Positions 13,130 to 28,615 of a stretch of 64,000 bases of DNA are shown one piece after another (the first letter of the stretch is position 1; every line of letters starts with the position of its first letter). The DNA comes from Octopus vulgaris. Taxonomy: Eukaryota. Made by a program: the position numbers and the translations under genes. The stretch covers positions 14,074,001 to 14,138,000 of the forward strand of contig OX597825.1 of NCBI GenBank assembly GCA_951406725.2. The letters are read 5' to 3'. The notes under the pieces were generated by a model that was not told the origin of the DNA, did not search any database, and worked only from the letters and a program-made list of their open reading frames with translations.

Positions 13130-13540
13130 CACATATATATATATGTATAAATATATATGTATGTGTGTATATATATATACATTCATATAAATATGTATAA
13201 ATATGTATATATATATATATATATACACATATATATGTATAAATATATATGTGTATATATATATATATATATATACATACATATATATGTATAAATATAT
13301 ATGTGTATATATAGATATAGATATACATACATATATATATGTATAAATATATATGTGTGTGTATATATATATATACTTATATATATGTATAAATATATGT
13401 ATGTATATACACATACACACACATATATATATATATATGTATATTTATATACATACATACAAATATATATGAGTTCATATATACATGTGTATATATATAT
13501 ATACACACGCACATATATACGCATACATACACACACAGAT
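13059..13540. repeat. (TA)n-derived microsatellite and minisatellite
   Basis: Seen directly. The recurrent variant unit is ATATGTATAAATATAT. Confidence 0.9.
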
Positions 13541-14324
13541 AAATTGTTGCATTGTATGTACGTGCGTGTGTTATTACACGCATAGATAATACATAGGTGC
13601 TCGCATGCCCTTGGGCGTACATATATTTCTTCTCGTGAATATGCGCGTGTTAGTATGCATGTTTGTATATTCAAACGATAGAAGCGTATTCTTTAGAATA
13701 CTTATGCCTGACTGATTTATCACAAATAAAATACATATGCCCTGCAGGAATATCAAAACCGATGGTAATAGTTGCCTTAATCTATGACCTGGCAGCGGGA
13801 TATGGAGGTGGTTAGGGACATTCATCATTTCTTCCATCAGGCAGACAATTATTAGCAGCCGAATAATAAAATCCTTTTCGAAACAAAATGGAAAAAAAAA
13901 GTACGTAACATACGAGAAAGGGAATTCTGTTTTATAGAGATGTGTGTGAAATTGCCTCCGGGGTTCCATATAAAACAGCACAATGGCTCCGTAGAACCAC
14001 TATCGTTGCAATTCAAAGAAGCGTTTCCTTTTCAATGCATCAAATATGAAACCCGAATTGTATGAAAAGGCAAATCTTCGTGAAAAGATTATAAAAGGAC
14101 ATAAGTAAAACATAGGACTTTTATGGCTGCACTATGGTAATGATGATGTTGTGGTCGATGTTGATTATGGTTATTATTATGATGATGATGTTTTTGTTGA
14201 TAGTGATGATGATGACGATAGTGTTGTTTTTGATGATGTTGTGGAGAGGAGATGATAAATTCTAATGATACTTCTAAAGTCTCAGTGGAAACTGATAATA
14301 ATGATGTCGATGTCAAACTTTGGA

Positions 14325-14530
14325 GCAATGGCCAGCAATTTTGAGGGGAGGGGCATAAATCAATTTCGTCGAACCGCCCCCCCCCCCCCCAGTGATCAAC
14401 AGGTTCTTATTTCATCGGTACCGAAAAGATGAAAGGCAAAGTCGACCTCGGTGATATTTGAACCCAGAAACGTAAAGACAGTTGAAATGTCGCTAAGTAT
14501 TTTGTCTGACTTTCTAACGATTCTGCCAGC
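14325..14530 (-). mobile_element. SINE family A (diverged)
   Basis: GATGAAAGGCAAAGTCGACCTCGG...CTAACGATTCTGCCAGCT. Confidence 0.75.
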
Positions 14531-15249
<719 letters not shown>

Positions 15250-15254
15250 AAAAA

Positions 15255-15408
15255 TAATGATAATAACATTGAAAAATACCTTAGGAATGAGAACCCAGCT
15301 TCGAAATTTCCCCAAGACACCTGACGAAGGCTGGATGGTATATCAGCCGAAACGTTGTGTTAAAAACAAACAAGATGAAAAAAAATATCCGTCAAATGTA
15401 AATAATGA
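15255..15408 (+). mobile_element. Family E 3' part (hammerhead-bearing)
   Basis: Homologous to 9310-9460. Confidence 0.8.
15316..15361 (+). ncRNA. Minimal type I hammerhead ribozyme motif
   Basis: Stem I GACAC/GTGTT, core CTGACGA(+A), stem II GGCTG/CAGCC, then GAAAC-GTT with a palindromic AACGTT in place of stem III. Confidence 0.7.
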
Positions 15409-15769
15409 ACTTTAGGAAGGTTTTATATAAGTTCTCTTTATTATCAACGAATCTCTGCTCCTCTCAAGCTTCATTTAAATCTTGGTCGATGGAAGAGAAC
15501 ATCACTGCACCATTCTTCACCCTGTGCTCTTTCGTTTCGTAAACACACCAAGCGCAGCCGCACACACCAGTATTTACACACACACACCCACACACACACA
15601 TGGGCAAGCACTTATGACTTAATATAGCATTTGTAGACCACAGTTTGATACATTTTTCTATTGTGAAGTTTGCCGAAGTCTTCCTATTCTAGAATAACAT
15701 TGAAAAAAAAACAACAACAATAAAAAAATGAATACATTCATATTCATCTCGACTCCTACACGTAGCCAC

Positions 15770-15846
15770 ACATGTATGTATGTGTATATACATATATACA
15801 TACACACACACATATATATATGTCTACATACATACGTATATATATC

Positions 15847-15906
<60 letters not shown>

Positions 15907-15919
15907 CATTTATATACAT

Positions 15920-15968
<49 letters not shown>

Positions 15969-16010
15969 AATATACACACACATATATATATAATATATAC
16001 ATACATATAC

Positions 16011-16044
<34 letters not shown>

Positions 16045-16112
16045 GTGTATGTATGTATGTATCTATCAATCGATCGATCGATCGATCTACCTATCTATTT
16101 ATGTCTGTGTGT

Positions 16113-16200
<88 letters not shown>

Positions 16201-16211
16201 ATCTATCTATC
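15770..16211. repeat. (TA)n, (CA)n and (TATC)n microsatellites
   Basis: Seen directly. Confidence 0.95.
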
Positions 16212-16829
16212 TGGTTTCTAAGTTGAGGACTAAAAATACACGCAAAACAAAAACCAAAAAAAGACAGATTTTTAGTATTATTTAACCGACAGTCGCTATG
16301 AGCTGCAATGAAACGAAATCAAAGGAAGCGAAATCAATTGAAATACGATAAATAAATAAACAAACACACAAATAAATAAACACACAAACAAATAAATAAA
16401 CACACAAACAAATAAATAAACATATAAATAAGTAAATAAGCGAATGAATAAATAAATACATTTTTAACCGCATAAACAAATAAATAAATTGTTGAAGTTC
16501 AAGGAATATTCAAAGCAGAAAGAGAATAAAAAAGGAATTATAGTATTTTTTCAAAGCAGAATTTATTTATAGCTAGAGTTAGTATTTTGCTGTAGGCCAT
16601 ACTCTCTTTCTTCATTATGGAACCGTTATCCCACACCGCATCACCTTGTTATATCGTGCTAATGGTAAAACTTTTATTCATGTCCTCCGTTTCTTCGTAA
16701 TGGTTACAGACCCCTGTTGAAAATTTCAATCACGAAAAACTAAATTTAATTTTCTCTTCTCTGAAAATTGCAGACAGCTGTCTTAGAATTATTATTGCTA
16801 TCGTTGTTGTTGTTGTTGTGTTGTTATTT

Positions 16830-16878
16830 TTATTATTATTATTATTATTACTATTATTATTATTATTATTATTATTAC

Positions 16879-16914
<36 letters not shown>

Positions 16915-16938
16915 TATTATTATTATTATTATTATTAC

Positions 16939-16974
<36 letters not shown>

Positions 16975-16995
16975 TATTATTATTATTATTATTAC

Positions 16996-17094
<99 letters not shown>

Positions 17095-17118
17095 TATTAT
17101 TATTATTATTATTATTAC

Positions 17119-17157
<39 letters not shown>

Positions 17158-17160
17158 TAC

Positions 17161-17207
<47 letters not shown>
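16830..17207. repeat. (TTA)n with periodic CTA interruptions
   Basis: Seen directly. The interruptions recur with a higher-order period of about 60 bp. Confidence 0.95.
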
Positions 17208-17208
<1 letters not shown>

Positions 17209-17418
17209 TTTAGATTTGCGTTGGAAGCGATAACAATGTATGTATTCGTTGTCATTGACATATTAACATTCGTTGGTTTGTCTACTTGCATAGCGATGCT
17301 ATATACTGCCTATAGAATATAAAAATATACCAACACATATATGCATGTTGTATATCACACATACACATATCTCTATGTATGTAAGTATTTATATATGTAT
17401 AAATATCTCTCTCTCTCT

Positions 17419-17500
<82 letters not shown>

Positions 17501-17837
17501 AAATATGCATGCATATGTATAAAATATATATTTTATACACATAAAGCGCGTATTAGTAACACTAAAAATTGAATTTAGCATAGTTGATTTACTGTTCGCA
17601 CACAGACATAAATGTGTCATATTATTCTCTTCGCACAGAGAAGATTAACTAGACTTATTTCACTGCTGGTTGGCTGCTCTTAAGCGTATAAACACTCCTC
17701 TCTCTTCTGCCAACGAAGAAAAAAGAAACGTGGTAGTAATCGCTATTTAAATCAGAAGCAAGCAAGAACCCAAGCGGAAATGGTTAAACTAATTTACATA
17801 TCACGCATTAGTTAGTGGCATGATTAAATACATCATC

Positions 17838-18330
17838 TCTCTTTACTCTTTTACTCTTTTACTTGTTTCAGTCATTTGACTGCGGCCATGCTGGAGCGCC
17901 GCCTTTAATCGACCAACTCGACCCCGGGACTTGTTCTTTGTAAGCCCAGTACTTATTCTATCGGTCTCTTTTGCCGAACCGCTAAGTGACAGGGACATAC
18001 ACACACCAGCATCGGTTGTCAAAATATGCTAGGGGGACAAGCATAGACACACAAACATACATGGGAAACCTTGTAATTATTCTATTAGTCACTTCTGCAG
18101 AATCGCTATGTTACGGTGACTGAAATACACGATCACCATTTGTAAAGCGGCGGTGGTAGACACACACACACGACGAGCTTCGTTCAGTTGACGTCTACCA
18201 AATCTACTCAGAAGGCTTTTATCGGTCCAAGATTGTGGTAGAAGACACCTGCCCCATGTGCTACGCAGGGGGACTGAACACGTGATCATGGGGATGGTAA
18301 GCAAACTTCTTACCACACAGCTACGCCTGT
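17838..18330 (-). mobile_element. SINE family B, interrupted
   Basis: Tail at 17838-18055 and head at about 18170-18330, both reverse complement. A degenerate plus copy follows at about 18470-18830. Confidence 0.75.
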
Positions 18331-19254
18331 GCACATGTAGAGGAACACAAGCAACACATGGCAATTGTATTAATACGAAATTAATATCAATTTGCGATCA
18401 ATTAATATTGAAATCTTCTTAGAAAATATTGTCTTAATTAGATGAGGTTAGGAAACGTGTCTTGCATTAACGTGGTTCGATCGCACTGCGCGGCACCTTG
18501 GACAAGTGTTTTCTATCAGCGTGTGCCTCTCTATGTCTGTGTTTGTCTTGTGATTGAATTTGGTAGACGGAAACTATGCGGAAGCACGACGTATATGTAT
18601 ATTTCTATGTACGTATTCGTGTGTGTCTCTGCGCGTGCGCGTATACTTGTGTCTGTTTGTCACTCTCCTCCGCAACTTATGAGTTCGGCAAAAGATATCG
18701 ATAAAATAAGTACCAGAATGTTCTTAAAAAATAAGCACTAAGGTTGATGTATTCGAATAAATCACTTCTAGACGGTGCCCCGGCGTGGTCGCAGTCCAAT
18801 GAGTGAAGCAAGTAAAAGATGCAAAAAAGAAAATGATAAATAAATAAATAAGCTTAAAGATACTCGGCTGGTATTTTTCGTCTTCTGTGTGCTGTGTTCT
18901 TCATTAAAAGACAGTGTTTGTACATAGAAACACTCAAATATGAACAATATATATCTCTTATTGATTTCGGACGATTATGAAAAACAGAATTTCAAAATGG
19001 TATTTGAAAGGCGTACAGTTGGGCTGTTTGAATATCATGACAAGCTTTCATTGAATAAAATTGAATAAAAGAAATTTATTTGTTGATATTTACCATCGCC
19101 GTATGAAAAATGAGAATGGGGATAAGGGTTGGCAGCCAGTTAAAGAATAAAGGAAGCTGTATAAATATGCATATTGGATATATCTGTGTGTGTGTCTGTG
19201 TGTCTCTGTGTTTGTGTACATACATAAATGCATACACAAACATGTGTATGTATG

Positions 19255-19303
<49 letters not shown>

Positions 19304-19419
19304 GTACATATATATATATATACATATATATACACATATATATGTACATATACATATATATACATATATATATGTACATATACATATATATATATATACA
19401 TATATATATGTACATATAT

Positions 19420-19421
<2 letters not shown>

Positions 19422-19508
<87 letters not shown>

Positions 19509-20040
19509 CATATATATATACATATATATATATATACATACATACATATATATATTTATATGTACATAGATAGGTACATAAATAGAAATATTCACGCACG
19601 GAAACACACGCACACACAAACATACACACACACACATGCGCACACACAAGCATACACACACAGGCACGCACACACGTTTGTATGTGTGGCTCGAACAGTG
19701 CGATGATCTGTGATATTAAAAAAAATATAACAGAGGAGAAATATAATCAAAGATATTTCAATAAAAATAACATTAGCTTTTTTCTCTCTCTCTCCGTTGC
19801 GTGTTGTTGTGAAGGCGTCTGACTCAGCAGACATTATTATACGAAGCTATTAAGGTACCATTATTACTAATGTCCTACAGTGACTATCTGTACTTAGTGT
19901 CATTGCTGTATATGCTTTTCTTTATGATTTGATTGCATTCTAACAATGTTTTTCCTTAATTTTATGAATGATGTGATCGATATGGTCGTTGTATTTATCG
20001 TATACTAGCAGTATCGCCCGGCGTTTCTCGGGTTTGTTAA

Positions 20041-20095
<55 letters not shown>

Positions 20096-20622
20096 CATAT
20101 ATATATACATATATATATATATACATACATACATATATATATTTATATGTACATAGATAGGTACATAAATAGAAATATTCACGCACGGAAACACACGCAC
20201 ACACAAACATACACACACACACATGCGCACACACAAGCATACACACACAGGCACGCACACACGTTTGTATGTGTGGCTCGAACAGTGCGATGATCTGTGA
20301 TATTAAAAATATAACAGAGGAGAAATATAATCAAAGATATTTCAATAAAAATAACATTAGCTTTTTTCTCTCTCTCTCCGTTGCGTGTTGTTGTGAAGGC
20401 GTCTGACTCAGCAGACATTATTATACGAAGCTATTAAGGTACCATTATTACTAATGTCCTACAGTGACTATCTGTACTTAGTGTCATTGCTGTATATGCT
20501 TTTTCTTTATGATTTGATTGCATTCTAACAATGTTTTTCCTTAATTTTATGAATGATGTGATCGATATGGTCGTTGTATTTATCGTATACTAGCAGTATC
20601 GCCCGGCGTTTCTCGGGTTTGT
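19422..20622. repeat. Tandem duplication of about 585 bp including the Helitron 3' terminus
   Basis: ACTAGCAGTATCGCCCGG at 20004 and 20589. The preceding roughly 540 bp are nearly identical. Confidence 0.9.
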
Positions 20623-20971
20623 TTCGACCCTTTAGAATTGGAATTTTTGAAAAGTAAAAATTTTGCATTATGTAGCTTTAAGCGAAAATTTTTCTTGTTG
20701 AAATACACTGAAAATTAGCGACACAGCAGTCAAAATATCGTATAAAAATAGGGATTTTCATAGAAAAAAAGCACCTTTTTGATGTAAATAATTTTTGGTC
20801 TTAACATGGTCCGATCTGAATTTTTTCTTCTACGGAAGAAAGAGCAAGCCTTTTTCTATCATACTCTCAATTTTTGTCAACTTGCGCTGCAGGGTCTTGG
20901 AGAAGATAGTGTTAGTTGAAGGCTACCAAACCTGCCATACACAGAAAACTTCAGCTTTATATATATAGAGA
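20590..20971 (-). mobile_element. Non-autonomous Helitron
   Basis: Minus strand starts TC..TATATATATAAA and ends CCCGAGAAACGCCGGG (hairpin)-CGATACTG-CTAG. It sits between A and T with no TSD. Confidence 0.75.
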
Positions 20972-21101
20972 TTTGAATTCTTAGTTCAAGTCCCGTAGAG
21001 GTTGAATTCGTAGTTATATTTGTAGTTCTGAGATCGTAAGTTCTGATCGATAAATACCTGACCAAAAGCATATCTTCTGGGGTCTATTTTTCCGACTAAA
21101 C

Positions 21102-21570
21102 CAGTGGTTCACAATTGGGGGTCCATATAAGATTTTGTTGTTAAAATTCATTTGCTTATACTTCCATATACAAAATGTTTTGACAATTTTGTTATAAACG
21201 ATTTTTAATAATATTTAATTATATAAACATAATAGGATACAAATAAGGAAATAAAGTTATTGTCAAACGCAGAGTGATGCTAATAATATAGCACGAATAG
21301 GATAAATTGTCCATATTTTGCAGGAAAATCTGTCGGCGTTTATCCTGTTCATGTTGTATTATTAGCACCACCTTGCGTTTAAGAATAAAATTATTTCCTT
21401 ATCTTTCAATACATTTCAATGGTTCTAAAGCAAACTTTGTTTGTTGACTTTCAACGTAAGTTGAATTTAAATATAATAGGATTGTTTTTAGATTGGAGAT
21501 GGCTAGGAGGGTCCTTCCGAGTAAAATAGGAATATAAAGGGTCCATAAGTAAAGCATGGTTGAGAAACTA
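21102..21570. mobile_element. Degenerate hAT-like MITE containing a 160-bp palindrome
   Basis: Ends are CAGTGGTTCACAA and TTGAGAAAC with subterminal GGGGTCCAT motifs. Internal arms 21243-21306 and 21339-21402. Confidence 0.5.
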
Positions 21571-22840
21571 ACATATAAAGGTTACTACCATTTTAAAACA
21601 TAACTTGAACAATGTATACGTGATTTCCTCATAATCCATGCCTCCCTAGGCAAAACCAAATACATTATGGTACCAACATACGCACTATTTATCATTCTTA
21701 GAAATTTCAGGACTTATTTTTCTAGCAACGCAATCGGAAAGCACTCTGCAAAACCGATTTAAAACTAATTAGTAAGTAGCCTTAATTCAGGAGGAGTTGG
21801 AAAATATAAGCCACAATGTATTTTTCTTCATGGAGCAAGAGTATGAGACATTCAAATGATTAAGAGAAACGGAAAAGTTAAACGTGGAACGCCGCTCGTC
21901 AGCCATGGACACGGGAATTACTATAGTTTCGGCGCGTGTAAATTCGGAAACTTAACAGTCCGTGGTAATACTTCTCTGGTGTATTACTGAGATGATAGAC
22001 GTTACAAAGAAAAAGACTTGGAAGGTAGAGGACAACATTTACATGAGACAGAAAATATACAGACAGATACATGTAATACAGTTCAATAATACAAACACAC
22101 ATGCATATGTAAGCACGCGCGTGAGTGAATGCGTGTGTTCTGTAGTATTTCGATGTACGTTAGGGTGCACGCGTATGTGTACCTGTATGTATGGATAATG
22201 CAATAAAGGGTGGAATATAATTAATTTAATAAAATTAATCAATTTCACCTAGTAGATTTATCGGTATGGAAAAGACCATGTTTGGTAAGGGTTATAATAA
22301 TATATATATAATGATATATATATATATCCATGAATGTGTTTTAATGTCCTTTGTTTCATGGAACTAAATTACCCCACCCCGCTACTCATCTGCTCATTTA
22401 AATCTGGACGACAACAAGCTAAGCAGTCTTCCAAAATCTGTCGCCAACATACTTTGCATTGATTTCTTTTTACCGCAATACATACCACCCCATTCCTCAT
22501 AACAACTGTCTTTTTCTTCTTTATTTCCTTTTCTTTCTCCTTTTCTTCCAACTCTTTCACTGTAAACTCCACACATTCTGTGATTATTTTGGATCTCATC
22601 TTATGGTAACACGCTCATTAGGGCTCTAAGCATTACTTTTTATGTTTACGTTATTATTGTTTTATATCTTTGCTTTTAACTTTTCTATTCAATTGGAGTC
22701 ACCATTGCGTTGTGGCTGAGTTAGGAATATCCCTGCAGCAAGTAAACTTTCTTAAGCTAATCTTAGCCTGAGGATTAGCTACGACGAGAGGAGCTCATTG
22801 AATAACACTTGCGTTATGAGCAATAGCGAATGATAAAAAA

Positions 22841-23247
22841 GCAGAGTGGCTGTGTGGTAAGTAGCTTGCTAACCAACCACATGGTTCCGGGTTCAGTCCC
22901 ACTGCGCGGCATCTTGGGCAAGTGTCTTCTGCTATAGCCCTGGGCCGACCAATGCCTTGTGAGTGGATTTGGTTGACAGAAACTGAAAGAAGCCTGTCGT
23001 ATATATGTATATATATATATATGTGTGTTTGTGTGTCTGTGTTTGTCTCCCTAGCATTGCTTGACAACCGATGCTGGTGTGTTTACGTCCCCGTCACTTA
23101 GCGGTTCGGCAAAAGAGACCGATAGAATAAGTACTAGGCTTACAAAAAATAAGTCCCGGGGTCGATTTGCTTGACTAAAGGCGGTGCTCCAGCATGGCCG
23201 CAGTCAAATGACTGAAACAAGTAAAAGAGAAAAAAAAGAGTAAGAGT
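22841..23247 (+). mobile_element. SINE family B, full length
   Basis: Same head, CORE-like segment and tail as 10713-11160. Confidence 0.9.
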
Positions 23248-23625
23248 ATGTAGTTTACATTTTACCTGTTTCAGTACCTCAATTTGGAATTTCATTCGCA
23301 TTTTTAGCAGCACTAGTTGCTAACAGTGAGCTGTATAGAAACTATCGGCTTATCGAACTTCTCTGCAACTTCGATATGGGGGAAACTGTAAAACTCTCGA
23401 TACCAACAAATTGTTATTGTATCTTATCGAATGCTGTCCACATTTTGTTCTTTGTACCAGCCACCTACTGCTTGAAGCTTACAAACATCCTTCGATGCCG
23501 TTTTAACGGCGATACTGCGTTCAAAATTATCACATTCTTGTCTGTATCCTACTATACACCTTCCACGCTTCTAAAATACAAATGTAAGCTTGTCTATATA
23601 CGCACGTGGTTGATATGTGTGTGTA

Positions 23626-24086
<461 letters not shown>

Positions 24087-24339
24087 ATAGCTGTACACAT
24101 TCACTCACACAGACATAATTATAATAGTGCAATCATTCATATTTCTTGATGGCATATATATACATATATATATATATATATTTATGTCTGAGGTAAGCTA
24201 TTTCCGTCTATTCTTTCAGTCTTGTACTGCAGCCCCGAGTAATTCATAATTTCATAAACATATTTTGGAGTAATTTTGCTGAATAATACCTTGCTAAGAC
24301 TAATTACTGTCTCGTAGAGTTCCAGTTTCGAATAAATAA

Positions 24340-24460
24340 TACCACCACCACCGCCGCCGCCGCCGCCGCCACCACCACCACCACCACCACCACCACCACC
24401 AAAACTACCACTACTACCACTATCACCACCTTCTGCCACTACCACCATCACTACTATCAC
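24340..24460. repeat. (CCA)n/(CCG)n/(CTA)n triplet repeat
   Basis: Seen directly. Confidence 0.9.
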
Positions 24461-24517
24461 CAATATGTAGAGAGGAACACAGTGGCACACACGAACACAG
24501 ACACACACAACACACCC

Positions 24518-24586
<69 letters not shown>

Positions 24587-24651
24587 TATGTATTATGGAA
24601 TATATATATACACATATATATATACACATATATATATATACACATATATAT

Positions 24652-24722
<71 letters not shown>

Positions 24723-24804
24723 CTGCAAAAGAAGGTATATAGGCAGAGATAAAAACAATGCTGACTAGATACTTGATGAGAAAGCAGAGAGAAAGAGACA
24801 TAAA

Positions 24805-24837
<33 letters not shown>

Positions 24838-25539
24838 GCCATCAAGAAATATGAATGACACACACGCACACAAAGAAGAGAGAGAGAGAGAGAGACAGCG
24901 TGACTGAGAAAGCGTGAGAGAGAGAGAGAGAGTGGTAGTGTTAGATGGAATGACACATGGATGGCGGGGTGGTGGTGCTGAAGGTGAAGAAGATGAGAAT
25001 AGATTTTGTGTTGGCCATATGGAATCTATAGATTTCGAATCGAAATAAAAGAAGAGAGTAAATTTATGTATAGAAAGACGAAGGCATCTCAGATCTTGTG
25101 GGGATATTCGTGCGGCGCTGGAGGAAAAAGATTCTTTGAATTAAAGGAATATCTTCGTTCTCACATCTACTTAAGGAAAGAAAATAAATACGATGATCTA
25201 TGTGTTTCTATAGATTAAGCTGTACTTGTTGAAAAATGCCCAGCCTAACATTAATCTCCTCTTTATATCAGTCTTTGTCTTTTGCTTTTTGCACTTGTTT
25301 GTTCAACGTATAAGTAGTTTCCTATTTGTTCTGTTTCGTTCTCTACACGGCAACCACATTTGGTTCTACTTCACAATTTATCTTGATTTTAGTTTGCTCT
25401 TGTGCAATAAGCAAGCGTTGATCTTTCCCGAAGCTTATAACTCTCTCTCTCTCGTCGTTTCCTCCGCCTTCTCCTCCTACACTGCTTGTTATCATCGATG
25501 AGACTGTCATCAGCGAATGGTGACAGCGATGTAGATGTT

Positions 25540-26002
25540 CTTTTGCTTTCTTATGCTTGCTTCAGCCATTTGACTGCGGCCATGCTGGAGCACCACCTTA
25601 AAGGGTTTTACTCGAACAAATCACCCCCCAGGACTAATACTACTTCTATCGGTCTCTTTTCCCTAATGCTACTTCTATCGGTCTCTTTTCCCTAATATTA
25701 CTTCTATCGGTCTCTTTTCCCTAATACTACTTCGATCGTTTCTTCTACCGAACCGCTAAGTTACGTGGACACGAAGAAACACACCTATACCAGTTGTCAA
25801 GCGGTGATGGGGCTAAAAATACAGATACAAACATACACGCACATATACAACGGACTTCTTTCAGTTTCCGTCTACCAAATCCACTCACAATGCTTTAGTC
25901 GGCCTGAGGCTATAGTTGAAGACACTTGCTCAAAGTGCCATGCAGTGGATCTGAACCCGGAACCATATGGTTGGGAAGAAATCTTACCACACAACCACAC
26001 CT
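25540..26002 (-). mobile_element. Diverged SINE family B with an internal triplication of about 29 bp
   Basis: CTAATACTACTTCTATCGGTCTCTTTTCC three times plus a partial copy at 25633-25740. Confidence 0.75.
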
Positions 26003-26339
26003 TTGAATTTTGGAGATGTTTACCAGGTATATCGTAAAATTATTTTGGTATGTATCTTTTTAGTTCGGCACCTTCCCGTATATTGGTGTTAACATCCGTT
26101 CAGTATAGTTCGAGGATATTTGTGCTAACAGCCTATACAACTTCTATCGGGGTGATGTCGATTTTTTGCGTGTCGAGGCAGAGGCGTAGCCAGAGTTTGA
26201 GCTGTCAAGGACAGCCATAGTGTTTGTTGCTTCCCTGAGTACCCAACCCCATACAGGCTTATACAGCACACCGAAAAGTGCAGCTCCCAGTCGATCGCCC
26301 CTTGTCATCCCACATATGCTAGTGTATCGAGATCTTTCA

Positions 26340-26590
26340 ATGAGTTCAAGGCAAATCAACTTCCGGTGGCCACAACTATTTATTCTGCCAAACTATCTCA
26401 GAGATTTGCGAGAGGTAGATGTGGAGGTCTTCAAAGAGCGTCTGGACAAATTTTTATCTGAAATACCAGATGAACCCGCATCGTGACAGGAAGCACAAGG
26501 AAGGGCGACTCAGTCCCACTTGTTTTTTTTCTTTTTTCATCAAGAACAATACAGAAACCCAAACACACTGAAAGGGGGTGCTCCAGCCTA
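26340..26590 (+). pseudogene. CR1-group LINE ORF2 C-terminus and 3' UTR remnant
   Basis: INFRWPQLFILPNYLRDLREVDVEVFKERLDKFLSEIPDEP matches the typical FRGPxLFNxLP...FKxxLDxFL C-terminal motif. Confidence 0.75.
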
Positions 26591-26645
26591 GCCCCAGCCT
26601 CTGATTCAAACCAGTAAAAGATAAACGATATGTGTGTATGTGTGC

Positions 26646-26698
<53 letters not shown>

Positions 26699-26723
26699 TA
26701 GATATACACGCAGACACTTTCAG

Positions 26724-27197
26724 AATTTACTACCAACTACACTCATCAGATTGGTGAATGCAATTGTCTTCCCAATAGCAATATATGGATGTGAAACCTG
26801 GACACTAAAGAAAGCTGACCAGAAGAGAATTAATGCATTCGAGCTTTGGAGTTGGAGAAGATTTTTAAGGATTCCATGGACAGCGAGGCTCACCAATGGA
26901 GAAGTTCTTAAGCATATAGGCCCGAAAATGTCGCTAGAAGCTAGGATCCCCAAGCATAGATTGGCATATTTCGGTCATATTATGCGGAGAAAATTCCTGG
27001 AGAAGGGCATCATGCTCGGAATTGGTCAGTGGCAAGAGAGGAAGAGGCCGACCAAAAACCCGCTGGCTTGACACCATGAAGAGTGATACCGGAATGGACA
27101 TAGCCAATCTGAAAGAAGCGGCCCAGGATAGAACTGACTGGAGGACACTGACCCAACGAGTGACCGAGAGTTGACTTCGACTGAGCGGTTAGAGAGA
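26724..27197 (+). pseudogene. 5'-truncated RTE (BovB-like) LINE 3' end
   Basis: RLVNAIVFPIAIYGCETWTLKKADQKRINAFELWSWRRFLRIPWTAR...LAYFGHIMRR..LEKGIMLG, then a frameshift and a BovB-like tail GAGAGTTGACTTCGACTGAGCGG. Confidence 0.92.
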
Positions 27198-28003
27198 CAC
27201 TCATCAACGTTTGCTGATCGTTGTCAGTATTTTGTTGATGTCTGTCACGTCTTCAGCGATGCACGATTTATTTGTGGAGATGAAATGTCCTGTTCTTTTC
27301 ATTTTCCTATTTATTTATTCTCGCATCAACGCCTACTTACGTTCACTTTCACTTCCTTTTATATCGTGGTATCCTTTATGAAACAGGTGTTGATAACATT
27401 TGGCATATTTCAGTTATCTAGCAAAGCTTAAACGTTTAGCCCTTGACAGAAAAGAACCTTAAAAGACAGGAGAATTGACGACTAACTGGTGTTAAGTAAT
27501 CGATTTACCAAATTATATGACAGCATACATGGTATAAGAACTGAAGCAGCAAGATAAAATAGTCAATCCAAGAATGTGCAGCAGAAATAGCCGGAGAGAA
27601 ACAAAAGGAACTTTTATCAAAGTTACTGAGAATGCTAAATAGCTAACCGAAAGAAATGTCGATAAAATAAGACTATGACGATGCAGACACCATTAACATG
27701 TTCACTGACTCACTGAACTATCAGAAAAAAAAATACAGAAAAGTATCTGTAAATATAACACGTGATAAAATTGATGACAAAGAACAACAGGATCTTGTAC
27801 TATCAGAATAAAATTACGAGAATGTTGGATGAATTTTGGGGAAATCTTTATGATAACAACAGAGAGGCAGCGAGTGAAGATCAGTTTTTTTTTTCTAAAA
27901 GAGTTTGAAGTGACAAACCTGTGGGTGGAGTTTATACTTAAAACCGATGTCAGTGGGGAAAAAAGACCAATAAGACTCTGCCATCAAGTTATATATATTC
28001 TTT

Positions 28004-28200
28004 GTGTAGTGGCGCTGGATTGCCTCAAGTTCCGCAATCAGTTTGACGCCCTGGAGCGGCCACAGTTAAGAACAGTTTACGAGACGACTGGGACTGAAAG
28101 TTCTCCATAGGAGTAGCATGGAATCGTTGTTGCTGGTTCTGGATGAATTCAGAATACATCCAGTTACTCGCTTGCACAGCGCTGCACTCTTGGTAATATG
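28004..28200 (-). pseudogene. CR1-group LINE ORF2 fragment
   Basis: MLLLWRTFSPSRLVNCS*LWPLQGVKLIAELEAIQRHY resembles the RLDYCSQLWSP....LEAIQR motif. Confidence 0.75.
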
Positions 28201-28344
28201 CACACGGAATGTTGCATCAGTACTCATACACATACACTCACACACACACACACACTCCCACATACACACACACACACACACAATAGATATATCCACATAA
28301 ATCCACATATATGGATATGTATACATTCATATATATATATGTAT

Positions 28345-28615
28345 ATATTTCTTTACTACTCACAAGGGGCTAAACACAGAGAGGACAAACAAGGACAGAC
28401 AAACGGATTGAGTCGATTATATTGACCCCAGTGCGAAACTGATACTTTAATTATCGACCCCGAAAGGATGAAAGGCAAAGTCGACCTTGGCGGAATTTGA
28501 ACTCAGAACGTATCGGCAGACGAAATACCTATTTCTTTACTACCCACAAGAGGCTAAACACAGAGGAGACAAACAAGGACAGACAAAGGGATTAAGTCGA
28601 TTACATCGACCCCAG
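28345..28615 (-). mobile_element. SINE family A, partial dimer
   Basis: Reverse complement of tail, core and unit junction. Confidence 0.85.

Noticed and set aside
24182-24508. Poly-glycine ORF
   Set aside because: It is a triplet repeat flanked by microsatellites, with no splice or domain support.
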